Assembly (NCBI GenBank): GCA_038496445.1
Contig: JALMLS010000321.1
Span: 1 to 64,000, forward strand
DNA from: Trichosphaerium sp. ATCC 40318
Lineage: Eukaryota > Protista > Tubulinea
Direction of reading: 5' to 3'
DNA length: 64,000 nt
This document shows, piece after piece, positions 1-11,516 of this stretch (positions are counted from its first letter, which is position 1; each line of letters starts with the position of its first letter). The position numbers were made by a program, and so were the translations under genes. Under the pieces are notes generated by a model, which ran no database searches, was not told where the DNA came from, and worked only from the letters and a program-made list of their open reading frames with translations.

Positions 1-1144
1 TTCGAAGATGAACCAGATGTACGAATACTGGATAAAAAAGCGCATTCAATAAGCTAAACTATCACAGTTCTTCGACTTTAGCGTAACAAAGGAGGAAGAA
101 AAGGAGCTAGAGGAAATTGAAAAAGAAATATTATCACGACCTAAATACACTGAGGTACGCATAAATTACCTCCCCAACAAACTGACGATGCGTACACGCG
201 CCTTATCACAACAAAAAAACCCTGGAAGGACTATTGTCAATTTGTTTTGTAGAATGTCTGTACGGCTTTGTTCTTCTAAACTCTTTCTTTGTAGCCAAGC
301 AAATGGGCTAAATTCAAATCATACCAAGAGAAGGAAGCTTTTATTACATCTGGTATAAAGATAAAACCAGGTAAAATGCTAGACGCTGCAATGAGAGAAC
401 GGTTTGTTCAAGAAGAAAAACCTTTGGATGATGTAGTTGATCCTGAGCGTGAAATCGGTTTTAGATGGCATACAGGTTTTAGGTATACAGTAGCTTTAGT
501 TTAATAGCATCCCTTTTTATAGTTGCTCTTTGTGTTGTAACAGTTCTAAATGTTTGCGTAGACGGAGCGGTTTACTTACTGTACATGTACCTACTCAAAT
601 GGCTTCTCCTGGACCTCCACTTGGACCTCTTCTAGGTATGCACGGTATTCCTACTGGTATTTTCGTTATGAGCTTTAACGAAGAAACAAAGAAATACCCA
701 GCAGGTACGCATACAACTGCAAAATTATCATTTTATGACATTCTCTTACTGTTAACAAACATTTTACTAACTTGGTGGTTTCTTTGCCTAGGTGTGATCG
801 TCACAGTACTTATTATGAAGAACAAAGATCCTAAAAACAAGCGTACAGTAAATTTCAAGATCATGGCACCACCTACGAGCGTATTGATCAAACGTGTTGC
901 TAAAAACTTTAAAATATCACAAAATGATCTAGCGCGTATTGCTCTATTTAAGTTCCCTGGACAACCTCTATGGAGTACTTATGGTCAAGTACGTGGTACT
1001 GCTCTTTCAATCAATGAGATTGCACTTTGTCCAGAGTACAATGAAGAAGATTTTGCAAAACAAAAGGAAATCGATAAAGAAATCGAACAATTGAGTCTTG
1101 AAGGAAAACTTAATAAGCGTTTGTTACCTAAGAAAGCTAAATAA
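1..1144 (+). CDS. MRPL11: Nuclear-encoded mitochondrial ribosomal protein uL11m with N-terminal extension; 5' end lies before the window; multi-exon
   Basis: L11 motif ASPGPPLGPLLGMHG...FNEETK...PPTSVLIK...QVRGTALS. Upstream exons (FFDFSVTKEEEKEL..., PSKWAKFKSY...WHTGFR) splice in frame through GT-AG introns. Confidence 0.8.
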
Positions 1145-1469
1145 TAATAAACCAAATAAAGACTCTGCATCTAGTATACTCAAAGCTGCTGTTGACGCCG
1201 TTTAGACGGAATGTCAAAAAAAAAAGACAAATCGAGTACATACGAAGTTTGTTTTCACTTTTGGTAGTTTTTCGCCTGTAGAAGGTTTTTAGTAGTATTG
1301 TACCATTGCTATAGGCTTGTTGTTGTGTTGAACATTTTTGTTCAAGACTTAATCCGGAAACGTTACATCATTTTGTTCTAAAAACAAACCTATTGTAAGA
1401 CCATCTCGCTAGTGTAGGTTAAAGCATACAGTATGTATAAGCTATAGATATCGCTTCTCAAACCATCTG

Positions 1470-4173
1470 ATGGCTTCTCCTGGTGCTAAAGATACGCAAT
1501 GCGTTGCAATAGAGTCGTACGCGCCCAGAATGGTTGGTCAAAATGAATTAGCCATCGCCAAAGGAGATCTGATCAAATTTTTGGAGAAGAGTGGTGGTTG
1601 GGCACGCGGAGAGCTAAACGGAGTCACTGGGTGGTTCCCTTATGATTACGTCCGCATTCTACACCAACCGGCAGAATTGACACCGCGAAGTGCAGCTGCG
1701 CGACCAACACTGCCTAATTTAAACGGAATGCAGCAAAGCATTAGTTTACCACAACATGTTGGCAGTCGTATTTCGCCACGCTTACCAATCAGCGATCGAA
1801 GGCAAACAGAAATGATCACAACGTTCAATCGTCACAACAGTTCATCTCCACAGGCTGGGCGTCGGGTGGTTGTTCCATTACCTCCAACAACAATACCACC
1901 ACTCCCTGAGATAGTCCCTGGGATGGCAAATGGCTTAGTGTCGCCAACTCGGGTAGATAGCGCTAAAAAAAAGGTATCTAGTGTACTACGTTTAAAACCA
2001 TCAGACTCAAGCCTATATAGAAGAAGAAACGCATTAAACGCTCTCGCAGGGGAAAATCGGAATCACCACGCGCAAACAACGCTGTACGCATACTCATATT
2101 ATATTGAACGCTTCTAAACGGGTTGTATAGGTTAACGTATTTGAAACATCTATTGTTGACTCTAAAGTACTCACAAGAGAAGCAATCAGCCAGTTTTTAG
2201 ACGAAAGGCCTTCTCTAGAAGAGCTAAAAAGTGAGTTGGAAAGAAACAAAATCCGTAAATTATTTTTTTCGTTGCTTGATTATTGATAACCAAATTAAAC
2301 TAACTGTGCGCTTGAAGGCAATAAAGAAGAGCGAACAGGACGCCTTGATCGATTATTGTTCAAGTGGAGACAGAAGAAAAAACAAAAAGCAAAACCCAGA
2401 AAGAGCATAGGTGAACCGTATAAGCCTATGCATCATGTTCATGTCAGTAACGATGGAAATGGTCTTGTTGTACGTATAAAAATCACAAGATTACACACGA
2501 GTAGCGACTACACAAAAATAAAACGCGTAGTGGCTTCCTTTAACTTTTTTCTCTTTGCGCTATAATTTACTTACGTTTTTAATAAAGGGTATGCCAGATT
2601 CTTGGACAGAAAGATTAACAGCTAGCGGATTTTCGAAAAACGAGATTGCAGAGAACAAACTGGAGCTAATGTCCATTCTACAAACTCAAGATTCTAATGC
2701 GCATCTCTCTAACAGAGATTTTCCAGACGAGGCGCAAGTAACTTGCAGTTTGAGTACGTGCAACCTCAGATTCAGAATTCGAAAGAAGTTGACTTTTTTT
2801 TTAAGGCGATTTAGTGTCGTTTGAAGATCCTCGGTTACGATTCCGTATTATTGATGATGGCCTTGGTGAAGGGTAAGATTTTTTTACTAGATGGTTTCTT
2901 ATCTGATATAGGGCTATGGGAGTTGTTGTATTAGCGGAGGATATGCTTGATAATGACAACAGAGTAAGCCTTTTTTATGTTTGATTACATTTTGAGGCAC
3001 ATCGACGTTTTTTTTTCAGTTTTGTTGTTAGTACTTGTTTGTTGCTCTATTCTGATACAAATACTTTAAGGTTGCTATTAAAAAAATGGTTATAAAGAGT
3101 GCTAATATGCAAGAGCTAAAAACAGAGATTTATATAATGAAAACGAGTAACCATAGAAATATTGTATCATATATTAATAGCTTTGTACTTGATGATATGT
3201 TATGGGTTGTTATGGAATATATGGATGGTGGTAGTCTTGCTGAACTCATAGAGTATCATGCTAGCGTACCTCTAAGTGAAGTTCAAATGAGATATATTAT
3301 TTTCAACATAATGAAGTGCGTTGCTCTGTTTTTTCTTCGTTCTCACAATTTTCTTACCTTTTTTCTCTTCAACGCTCTTTGTTAATTTTTTTTTCAGAGG
3401 ATTGAATTATATTCATGCTATGCATAGAATACATCGAGACATAAAGTACGTTGGGGAGGTTTTTTTCTCAAACGTGTAGCTGCGTTTGCTTTACGCGTTC
3501 ATTTCAAAATTATTCTTAAGTGCTTATGCTTGCTTTAGGTCTGATAATGTCTTGTTATCGCGAAGGGGTGATGTTAAAATTGCTGATTTTGGTGAGTCTT
3601 GAGATACTTTAGATTTAATGCTAACAAGCATAAAGGCTTTGCCGTACAGCTCACAAAAAAGCAACGCACACGCAAAACAACGCTTGGTACTCCATATTGG
3701 ATGGCTCCTGAGCTCATAAGAGGTAAAAAATATGGCTTGAAAGTGGATATTTGGAGTACGGGGATACTTACAATGGAGATGCTTGAGGTACTCAATTTTT
3801 TTTTTGGCTGCAAGTTGCTTATAAATTATCTAAGGGTGAACCACCTTATATTGAGTTACCATCACTCAAAGCGCTTCTTATGATAAGTAAGAAAGGCGCA
3901 CCGAATCTTCAGCACCCTGAAAAGTGGACAGATGTCTTTAAGGTACGAACAGCATTGAAGTGTTAAGGTGTTTATTTAATTTTTTTTTTTAAGGACTTTT
4001 TAAGCAAGTGCTTAATGAAGAAACCACGTGATCGTTCAACAACAGCTGAGTTGATGAAGCATCAGTTTATGCTACTAGCAGCAAATGATAGTCCAGCAGA
4101 TCTTTGTCCTGCTATTGAGAGCGTGTTTAAGATGAGAGAGTTAGTTAAATCTAACTTTAGTAAGCCTACATAA
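1470..4173 (+). CDS. p21-activated (PAK/Ste20) kinase: SH3 + Pro-rich + RPEL-like motif + CRIB + kinase; multi-exon
   Basis: SH3 (ELAIAKGD...GWARG...GWFPYDYV), CRIB ([20 protein letters not shown]), kinase motifs [22 protein letters not shown]; stop TAA at 4171-4173. Confidence 0.9.
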
Positions 4174-4974
4174 AAAGGCGTTGTTGGTTTTGCTTTTTTT
4201 TTTGAAAGAAAAAAAATTGAAACGAAAAAAAAAAGGAATGAGGGGGTTACAGTGCTGTTACACTGCAACTTTTTCTCTTTTTTTTGGTTTCTGTTAAATC
4301 CAGATTATTTGTACATTAGATTATTGTAAAGGAAATATCAATGGTGTTAACATAAAATATTATTTAAATGCCAAGTTGCAAACCGTTTTTTTTTTTTTTT
4401 GTTGTTGGTTTTAGGAAAGGTATTGTTGACGGGTTCAGTGTTGTTTGAGTATAACTGCATGCTGTTGATATGATTAGTAACAGAAGTAGTAGGGTAGATA
4501 TTGGTTGTTTTAAAAAGTGGCCGCTGGGCAAGAGCGTTGTACTTTTGCCTTTGAGAAAGCATGTCTTGAAAGACAATCCCTTTTTATTTATTACACTAAA
4601 CAAAAATTAACAAGTCAGACCACCACAGTTTAAAGAGCTATCGAAGCAGAAAAGTACTTGTTTTTTAGCTGTTAAAAGCCAGCGCGACTTGATATAGCAT
4701 AAGAACTTAATAGCAAAACCAACAACTTTTTATATGGCTTACTAAATGTAAGATAGAAGAGCGTTGGAACTGTCTAGCTAGTTGTAAATGCGGGAACCGG
4801 ACTTACACATCAAACACTTTCACAACGGATGACCTAGATCATTGATATCATGTGGGAAACCTTCCGCGTTTTTGTGCTCAAATACTCTTCCACTCACTAG
4901 AAAGTGCTGTAAACGAAAGCTAAGGCTGTAAATAAACTGGAATTCTATTGACAATCATATCACAAATTTTATTA

Positions 4975-5858
4975 TTACTTACATTGTCCGTCTTCATACC
5001 ATTCCTTACATTTACCATACTGTTTACCATCAACAAATGTGCATTGAAACCTTAATTGTCCATTATCGTACCATCCCTTATTTTCACCATGTTTTTTACC
5101 ATCAACCCACATGCACTGGTACTTTAGTTGTCCATTCTTATACCATATCTTACTTTCACCATGTTGTTTGTCACAAACCCGTAACTTGTGGTACTGAAGT
5201 TGCCCATTTTCATACCATCCTTTACTGTCACTGTGTTGTGTATCATCAACCCAAAAGCTAATGTCCTTAAGTTGTCCATTTTCATACCATCCCTTACTTT
5301 CACCATGCTGTTTACCATCAGCCCACATACATTGCTCCTCAAGCTGACCATTATCATACCATCCCTTACTTTCACCGTGCTGTTTATCATCAACCCACAT
5401 GCTTTTTTCCTCTAGCTGGCCATTTTTATACCATCCCTTACTTTCACCATGCTGTTTACCATCAACCCACATACATTGCTCCTCAAGCTGACCATTATCA
5501 TACCATCCCTTACTTTCACCGTGCTGTTTATTATCAACCCACATGCATTGACTCTTTTGGTGTCCATTTTCATACCATTCTACACTAAGGCCATTTTTTT
5601 ACCATCAACTGATACATACTGCCTCTTAAGTTTTCCACTCTCATACCATTGTTTACCTATCCCACTCATACAATATTTATGAAGCCTTACCTTACCACTT
5701 CTATACCATTGTATCCATACTCCTTTCTTTTGTAACGCTTCATCAAAATGTGTATTAGTTGCAGCTCTCTTTGATAAACTGTGGAACTTTGTGAATACTT
5801 CTTTGTTGAAAGTACAAATGTAAGTTTGAAGTTCACGTGGAATATCCAGTAAACTCAT
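4975..5858 (-). CDS. Intronless F-box-like + MORN-variant (YwqK-type) repeat protein; one frameshift in a T7 run at 5594-5600
   Basis: N-terminus SLLDIPRELQTYIC is F-box-like; 24-aa repeats WVDGKQHGESKGWYENGQL follow. Adding one base to the homopolymer joins ORFs 5580-5867 and 4975-5544 (VDGKKNGLSVEWYENGHQKSQCMWVD). Confidence 0.8.
4990..5720 (-). repeat. 72-nt coding tandem repeats, including a near-identical duplicated block (about 5285-5402 and 5429-5546)
   Basis: Recurring cataccatcccttactttcaccatg/gtgctgtttaccatcaacccac units. Confidence 0.85.
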
Positions 5859-7116
5859 GGAGTGCAAATTACTTTGTATTTTTTTATGCTTTGTGGTAGA
5901 CTATAAAAAAAAACTACTGTCAGCAAAACACAAGGAGAACAAAAGAATCTGTTGGCAATCAATGTTATCAAAAGTATAATGTCGGTTTTCGGTTTCGCCA
6001 TTCACCGTTATTCAAAAAAAAAGTAAACACGTTTGTATTGGCTATGGTGTAATAAAAGGCCATAAATAAGTGTTCAGAAACTGTACAATGAGCATACACA
6101 GATTTAGTGAGTTTTTGAAGCGAAATACTGACAGCTCGTGGGACACGTGACCCACAAAAAATTTCGAAGAACAGTGTGTTCATTTTACATTGATAATCGC
6201 GTTAAAATATAGCTGTACGTACCATAGGAATACCACCAATACGCTTATAATTTTAAACCTATCTACTGTCTGTTAAATAGTTCTTTGCAGCGTATAAATG
6301 AAAGTCCAGTCAGTTCTTTTCACCGAAATTAAAACACAAAACAGTCAAAAAAATTCAAAAAAACCTAAAGAAACAAAGCGTCCAAGGTACGAAGTTTGCT
6401 TTACGTTAAAGGGTTCTTAAATTTAATAAAACTAACATACGCACGTGTTTAGAGCGATTAGCGTACAAATGGAAGAAAAAGACAGGGATAATATAAACAA
6501 GCGCCTATTCGAGCTTACTGCGTTACCTACTGAAATAATAGTGCTTATTCTGAAACAAAGTGACTTGTACGCTCCGTTCAGCCCAAACATGTCACCTATT
6601 GCGAGATATTATTCACAAACACGTTGGATACGGCTGTATCCATATCAGAACTGAGAATGAAGCTCAGTTGCTTGCAGGCAGTCCATTACTCCAAAATACG
6701 ACCATTCACTTGAGCTATTGTTATTCAATCGCAGATGAGGTCATTGAAGCAATGAATGGTGTACATAAAATCGGCTTGTCATACAGTGCATACTATCGAC
6801 TTGTATAGTTGTTATTCAATAACAGACAAGGGTATTGCGGCATTGGCAGGTGTACATAAAATTATTTTATCACATACAAATGTTACAGATGAAGGATTGA
6901 AGGCGTTGGGAGGTGTACACACTATTTACTTGTTTTGTTGTAAGTCAATAACAAACAATGGTATTGCAGCATTGGCAGGTGTACATGAAATTATTTTAGC
7001 AGGTACAAAGGTAACTGATAAAGGATTGAAGAGATTGGTCAATCTTTTTCCATACCATCGTGGCAACTCCTCCCAAATAGACTCTAGGCATTAGCGTTAT
7101 CAACGTAAGTACACCT

Positions 7117-7998
7117 ATGAGCGAAAACAACGGAAGTGCAGCAACTCCACAGACAGGCAATGAAAAGTTGGCCGGACTAGTTAAAGGGCTAATTAGCTCT
7201 AATCCAATCTCTACTACGGTGTGGTTGGAAATGGTCGCAAAATACAAGCGGCTTCCCGACAAGGTCGTTAACGGACAAAAGCCCGTTAAAGACCGTGGTA
7301 CTACTGATCTCCACAAGATCGTCCTAGAAGATGATTATGATCGCAAACGCGATACTGTGTACGATATTACCTCTTGGGCGCGTAAACGCGCCTTTCCTCG
7401 CAATTACTGTGTTTTTACGTGGTTTTTAATTTTATTTCTCGCCTTTAGTTCTGGAGTCGTTTTCGAGCGTCAAAAGATTGGTGTGGAGTTTAAAACTGCC
7501 TTGAATCACGCGGTATCGCTACTTTTTACCGAACAAGCCAAACTCTACGGTGAATTTCTCTTGGGTGCAGATGTTACGCCCAAACATGTTAAAAAAGCCC
7601 TCAATAATGGGTATATCTATGAACTCCGTGATGAGTGGGTTCCTATTGCGTACGGCAAAGTCAAGTACTTTGAATTCAACAATTGGGTGTGGCGTATTGT
7701 CCCTCGTAAGCCGGCTGCTCAAACAGTCACTTTTGTCGGTATGCCTAGCCACATTGGCAACAATCAATTTCGTGAAGCTTTAATCCAAGCTTACGATGCA
7801 AGTATTTCTTACGTTGAACGAAAGTTTGATGTAGACGGTTTCGCACTGAAAATTTTCAAGGTCGCTCTATCAAAGAAGTGTGACGAATTATGGAATGGTG
7901 GCAAGCTCACTGTCTCTCTGGAACATGAAACGATTCATATACAGTATTATACGGCCGAGGCGCCTAAATCTTCAAAATCAAAAAAACGTAAACGATGA
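7117..7998 (+). CDS. Retrotransposon ORF1 (293 aa, basic C-terminus KSKKRKR)
   Basis: Lies inside the element immediately 5' of ORF2; its TGA overlaps the ORF2 ATG (ATGA 7995-7998). Confidence 0.8.
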   Translation: MSENNGSAATPQTGNEKLAGLVKGLISSNPISTTVWLEMVAKYKRLPDKVVNGQKPVKDRGTTDLHKIVLEDDYDRKRDTVYDITSWARKRAFPRNYCVFTWFLILFLAFSSGVVFERQKIGVEFKTALNHAVSLLFTEQAKLYGEFLLGADVTPKHVKKALNNGYIYELRDEWVPIAYGKVKYFEFNNWVWRIVPRKPAAQTVTFVGMPSHIGNNQFREALIQAYDASISYVERKFDVDGFALKIFKVALSKKCDELWNGGKLTVSLEHETIHIQYYTAEAPKSSKSKKRKR

Positions 7999-10900
7999 GT
8001 GTTAAACGTGTTAACATTGCTTGCTGGAACCCTTGTGGTCTCAGCACTGTTAAAAAAATCAATTTCATGCATAATAAATTTAACATCCATAACTTGGATG
8101 TGCTCGCTGTTTCTGAGACGCACTGGCGTAAAAAAGTGCCTCAAAAAATTCTTTCTCTAGGTTACAAGGTAGTTTGGTCTCCTCAACCTCACAGCAGTTT
8201 TTGTGGTACTGCTTTCATTTGTTCACCACGTGTTAAAATTTTTTCTCAAACCTCACACTCCTCTGGTCGTTTGAACACTGTTACATTTCGAGTAAGGGCC
8301 ACCACGCTAAAAGCAGGTGTTGTCTACGGTCCGTCTAATGCCAAAGACCGTGAGGCGTTTCTGTCAAAAGTCACTCCTCTTTTACTTGATTTAGATTTTC
8401 TTTTAGGAGACTTCAATGTTGCTCTCTCCCATAACCATCTGCCTATGCATGCTGGTAGCTCCGATGGACGCTTACGTGGTGCTACCGAATTGGCAGATAT
8501 ATTGGCAAACAACAACCTCACACAAAGCGATTTCAAGTCCAGACACACATGCTGGCGTACAAATTCTACTTCCAAACTGGACTATATCTTCACAAACGAG
8601 AAGTGGCTCCAAAATCTGCTCAAATTTGAGCTCGATCCTCCTATCAACAACTATGATCACTGCTTTTTGGTGGCTAGGTTCTCTAACCAAGACCGTGCCG
8701 AGATGGGTAGTGGTAGATGGGTTCTCCAAAACTTTATGAATGACGTAGAAATCTTGGGTGATATTGCGTCTAAATTTAAAACACGCATTGATGGTGTAAA
8801 CACAATCAAACAGTGGACGCTCCTCAAACGCCAGATTGTAGAGCATATCAAGTCCATCCAAATCGATCTGGTGGCTCATATAAAAAACAAGCGCTGTAGT
8901 ATTAAGGATGACATGCAATACCATGCCACCGACAGTGCAGAGTACTTGGCTCTTAAAAACCAACTACACCATTGCGAACGCAGCTTTACTGAAGCGCGAA
9001 TGCTTAAAACTGGTCTAGGTGACTTCACTATTGATGAAGTGCCACAAAAACTCCTCACAGCACGTTTAAAGGCACGTTCTAAAAGCGCAATGCTCATGAG
9101 CATGCGCGATTCTGCCGGTAAAGTTCGTACCGGTACGTCTAATATATCATTCATACTCACCCAATTCTATAAGAATTTGTTTGCTGCTAAACTTACCAAA
9201 CCCCGACGTCATGGTAGGTTCCTCCGTAATGCTCCTAGAAATATACCTCTTGAACTATTAGAAAAGATGGCTGATAGCTTCACTGACAAAGAAGTCACTA
9301 CTGCCATCAAAAGTATGAAGTCTTTCTCATCTCCCGGGATAGATGGAATTCCTGCTTTCTTCTACAAGAATAATGCTACGTTCACGGCCATGTTCCGTAG
9401 AATATTTAATCACCTTTTGCGGCATCCTAAGTCCATGCCTCCCCAATTTAAAAAAGGACTTCTTCTCACACTTTATAAAGGCAAAGGCGATGTCCGTGAT
9501 CCTCGTAACCGTCGACCTCTGGCTCTCCTTAACACCGACTACAAACTCCTCACCACTCTTCTTAACAAGCGACTCCTCCCAATACTGGTACATGTTGTTG
9601 ACTCCACACAATGTGGGTTTGTACCAGGCAGGGATATTGCCACTAACATCATCACCTTGGAGGAAACTATCCACCAGGCTATCATCTCTGAAGCAGTACC
9701 TATGTACGATTTTGCCTTTCTAGATTTTCAAAAAGCGTTTGACTCTGTATGCCATAAGGCTATCATACGCACACTATCACACTTCAAAGTTCCTAGGCCA
9801 TTTATGCGACTAATCCAAGCCTGTCTAAGTGACACATGGTTCCAAATCGTTGTAAATCGCACGCTTTCAGAACCCTTCCAGATTACTAGGGGTGTAAAGC
9901 AAGGAGACCCTCTTTCTCCTACGTTATTTGTTCTCACTATGGAACCCATTCTGGTAAAGTTTCGTGAGAGGCTTAGTGGAATAGCTCTCCACAAAAAGCA
10001 CATTTCTTCCCTTGGTTTTGCTGACGATGTAGCTGCCATTAGCATATCACCTGAGGAGTCTCTCATTATACAGGACGTTCTCAGAGGAGCTAAAGCAACC
10101 ATAGGTTTAATTGCCAACCGCTCTAAGTGTTTTTCCATTTCAAATTTCGACGGCTGTGCCTTTCAGTCTGTTAACGAGGTTAGGTACCTTGGTACATCTT
10201 TTTGCAAGTCTACAGGTCTCAAAAATACCGTTTGGGATGTTGTTAGCAAGATGAATACTAAGGTTAGCCGCTGGCGTTCAATGACGCGTACCCTCATCTC
10301 CAAAAAAACCATCTACTCCTCTTATACTATCTCTCTTTTTACTTATCAGTTCCGCTTTATTCTAGCCAACCAGTGGCAGATAGCTGCTATTGAGAGGGCA
10401 GCCTCGACGCTGTTTTTTCCCTCCAAAGCTACTTATCGTAAGCCCTCTAGGTTATTCAACCCTATACATTCCGGTGGCTTCAGTCTGTTACAACCTAAAC
10501 GTTTTAACCTAGCACTTTTAGCCTCCACTTGGGAAAAATTTATTTTTAGTTATGGATCTGAGCCATACCACGGCCTGTGGAATCTGTGGTTTAATTACCA
10601 CGGTTCTCATTGGTCGAAGGAGGTGGCTTCATACCATTACACTCAATGCCGCAATGCGTGGCAGTCCCTAAATTCTCCTTTCAAGGGCCTCACTGAGGCC
10701 CAGATTCTTGCCAAAGTTGTCAAAGGGCCTAGAAGCGCCCGTGATCTGTATGCTTTCACATTAGATGAAGTGAAAGATGACCTCACACCTACCATCAAAA
10801 AGATGCTTAAGGTCCATGGTGAGGCACTTCGTAAAACCTTCACACAATTACACTCTTCCAAAATTTTTGCAAAGTTTCCTCTGTTGCGTGACTATGTTCT

Positions 10901-11270
10901 GCGTGCTATCTTGCGTATGTTAAACTGCAGTTTCAAGTCCGAACAGGACCATCCTTCTTGGATCCTTTTTAAATCGCCACCGGCTGATTTAGCTCGTCTG
11001 ACGGTTAAGTCGTTACAGTTAGCTTTTCCTTATAATTCTGACACACTTCACAAACTGTCTTCCTTAAGCTTGTATAATCAGGTAGCTATGGCTATACTGA
11101 TCAAATGGACATGGAAGATTTACAATAACGCTACACATTCGAAAGGTCTGTTGCCAATTTCGGTTCATAGAAAAGTAATTAAAGATGAGCTCGATGACAC
11201 ATGGAAACAGATTCAACACATATTCAACAAAACTTACATTTATCGCTACAACCTTACAATTACCATTTGA
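7995..11270 (+). CDS. Retrotransposon ORF2: AP endonuclease + reverse transcriptase (1091 aa)
   Basis: APE motifs WN, SETH, GDFN, LDYIF, YDH; RT motifs SSPGIDG, RPLALLNTDYK, DFQKAFDSV, GVKQGDPLSP, FADD, YLG. Confidence 0.96.
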   Translation: MSVKRVNIACWNPCGLSTVKKINFMHNKFNIHNLDVLAVSETHWRKKVPQKILSLGYKVVWSPQPHSSFCGTAFICSPRVKIFSQTSHSSGRLNTVTFRVRATTLKAGVVYGPSNAKDREAFLSKVTPLLLDLDFLLGDFNVALSHNHLPMHAGSSDGRLRGATELADILANNNLTQSDFKSRHTCWRTNSTSKLDYIFTNEKWLQNLLKFELDPPINNYDHCFLVARFSNQDRAEMGSGRWVLQNFMNDVEILGDIASKFKTRIDGVNTIKQWTLLKRQIVEHIKSIQIDLVAHIKNKRCSIKDDMQYHATDSAEYLALKNQLHHCERSFTEARMLKTGLGDFTIDEVPQKLLTARLKARSKSAMLMSMRDSAGKVRTGTSNISFILTQFYKNLFAAKLTKPRRHGRFLRNAPRNIPLELLEKMADSFTDKEVTTAIKSMKSFSSPGIDGIPAFFYKNNATFTAMFRRIFNHLLRHPKSMPPQFKKGLLLTLYKGKGDVRDPRNRRPLALLNTDYKLLTTLLNKRLLPILVHVVDSTQCGFVPGRDIATNIITLEETIHQAIISEAVPMYDFAFLDFQKAFDSVCHKAIIRTLSHFKVPRPFMRLIQACLSDTWFQIVVNRTLSEPFQITRGVKQGDPLSPTLFVLTMEPILVKFRERLSGIALHKKHISSLGFADDVAAISISPEESLIIQDVLRGAKATIGLIANRSKCFSISNFDGCAFQSVNEVRYLGTSFCKSTGLKNTVWDVVSKMNTKVSRWRSMTRTLISKKTIYSSYTISLFTYQFRFILANQWQIAAIERAASTLFFPSKATYRKPSRLFNPIHSGGFSLLQPKRFNLALLASTWEKFIFSYGSEPYHGLWNLWFNYHGSHWSKEVASYHYTQCRNAWQSLNSPFKGLTEAQILAKVVKGPRSARDLYAFTLDEVKDDLTPTIKKMLKVHGEALRKTFTQLHSSKIFAKFPLLRDYVLRAILRMLNCSFKSEQDHPSWILFKSPPADLARLTVKSLQLAFPYNSDTLHKLSSLSLYNQVAMAILIKWTWKIYNNATHSKGLLPISVHRKVIKDELDDTWKQIQHIFNKTYIYRYNLTITI

Positions 11271-11481
11271 CTTGTCCGGTCAACTGGGAGTTGGTTTTCT
11301 CCTCTAACATTCAGGTGGAAAGGATGGGAAGGGTTCAAATCCCTTTTAACATTTTGGGCGGAAGTTCGTAGCTTCACGTTTTTGGTGCTCTGTTGGCGAT
11401 CGAAGGAACTATGTATCTTGTATGCAAATAATTGCTTGTAATCGTTGGCTCGGTGAGCCGTCCTTGTATAGTAAACCTAGA

Positions 11482-11516
<35 letters not shown>

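Larger units (their letters stand above)
7039..11511 (+). mobile_element. Full-length non-LTR retrotransposon (APE-RT, L1/Tx1/TRE-like) with poly(A) tail and 14-bp TSD
   Basis: TSD ATTGAAGAGATTGG at 7025-7038 and 11512-11525; A run 11485-11512; two intact ORFs. Confidence 0.95.

Noticed and set aside
5594-5600. Programmed frameshifting or phase variation at homopolymers (also 22118-22125)
   Set aside because: Indels in A/T runs are more simply explained by sequencing error or decay; this cannot be resolved without reads.
5859-6468. Giant-virus early promoter AAAATTGA or terminal repeats around the F-box pairs
   Set aside because: No exact motif in either intergenic region, no shared flanks or TIRs, and no viral core genes in the window; viral origin remains unproven.
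8324-10861. Several short antisense or alternative-frame ORFs within the LINE
   Set aside because: Shadows of ORF2 with no motifs.
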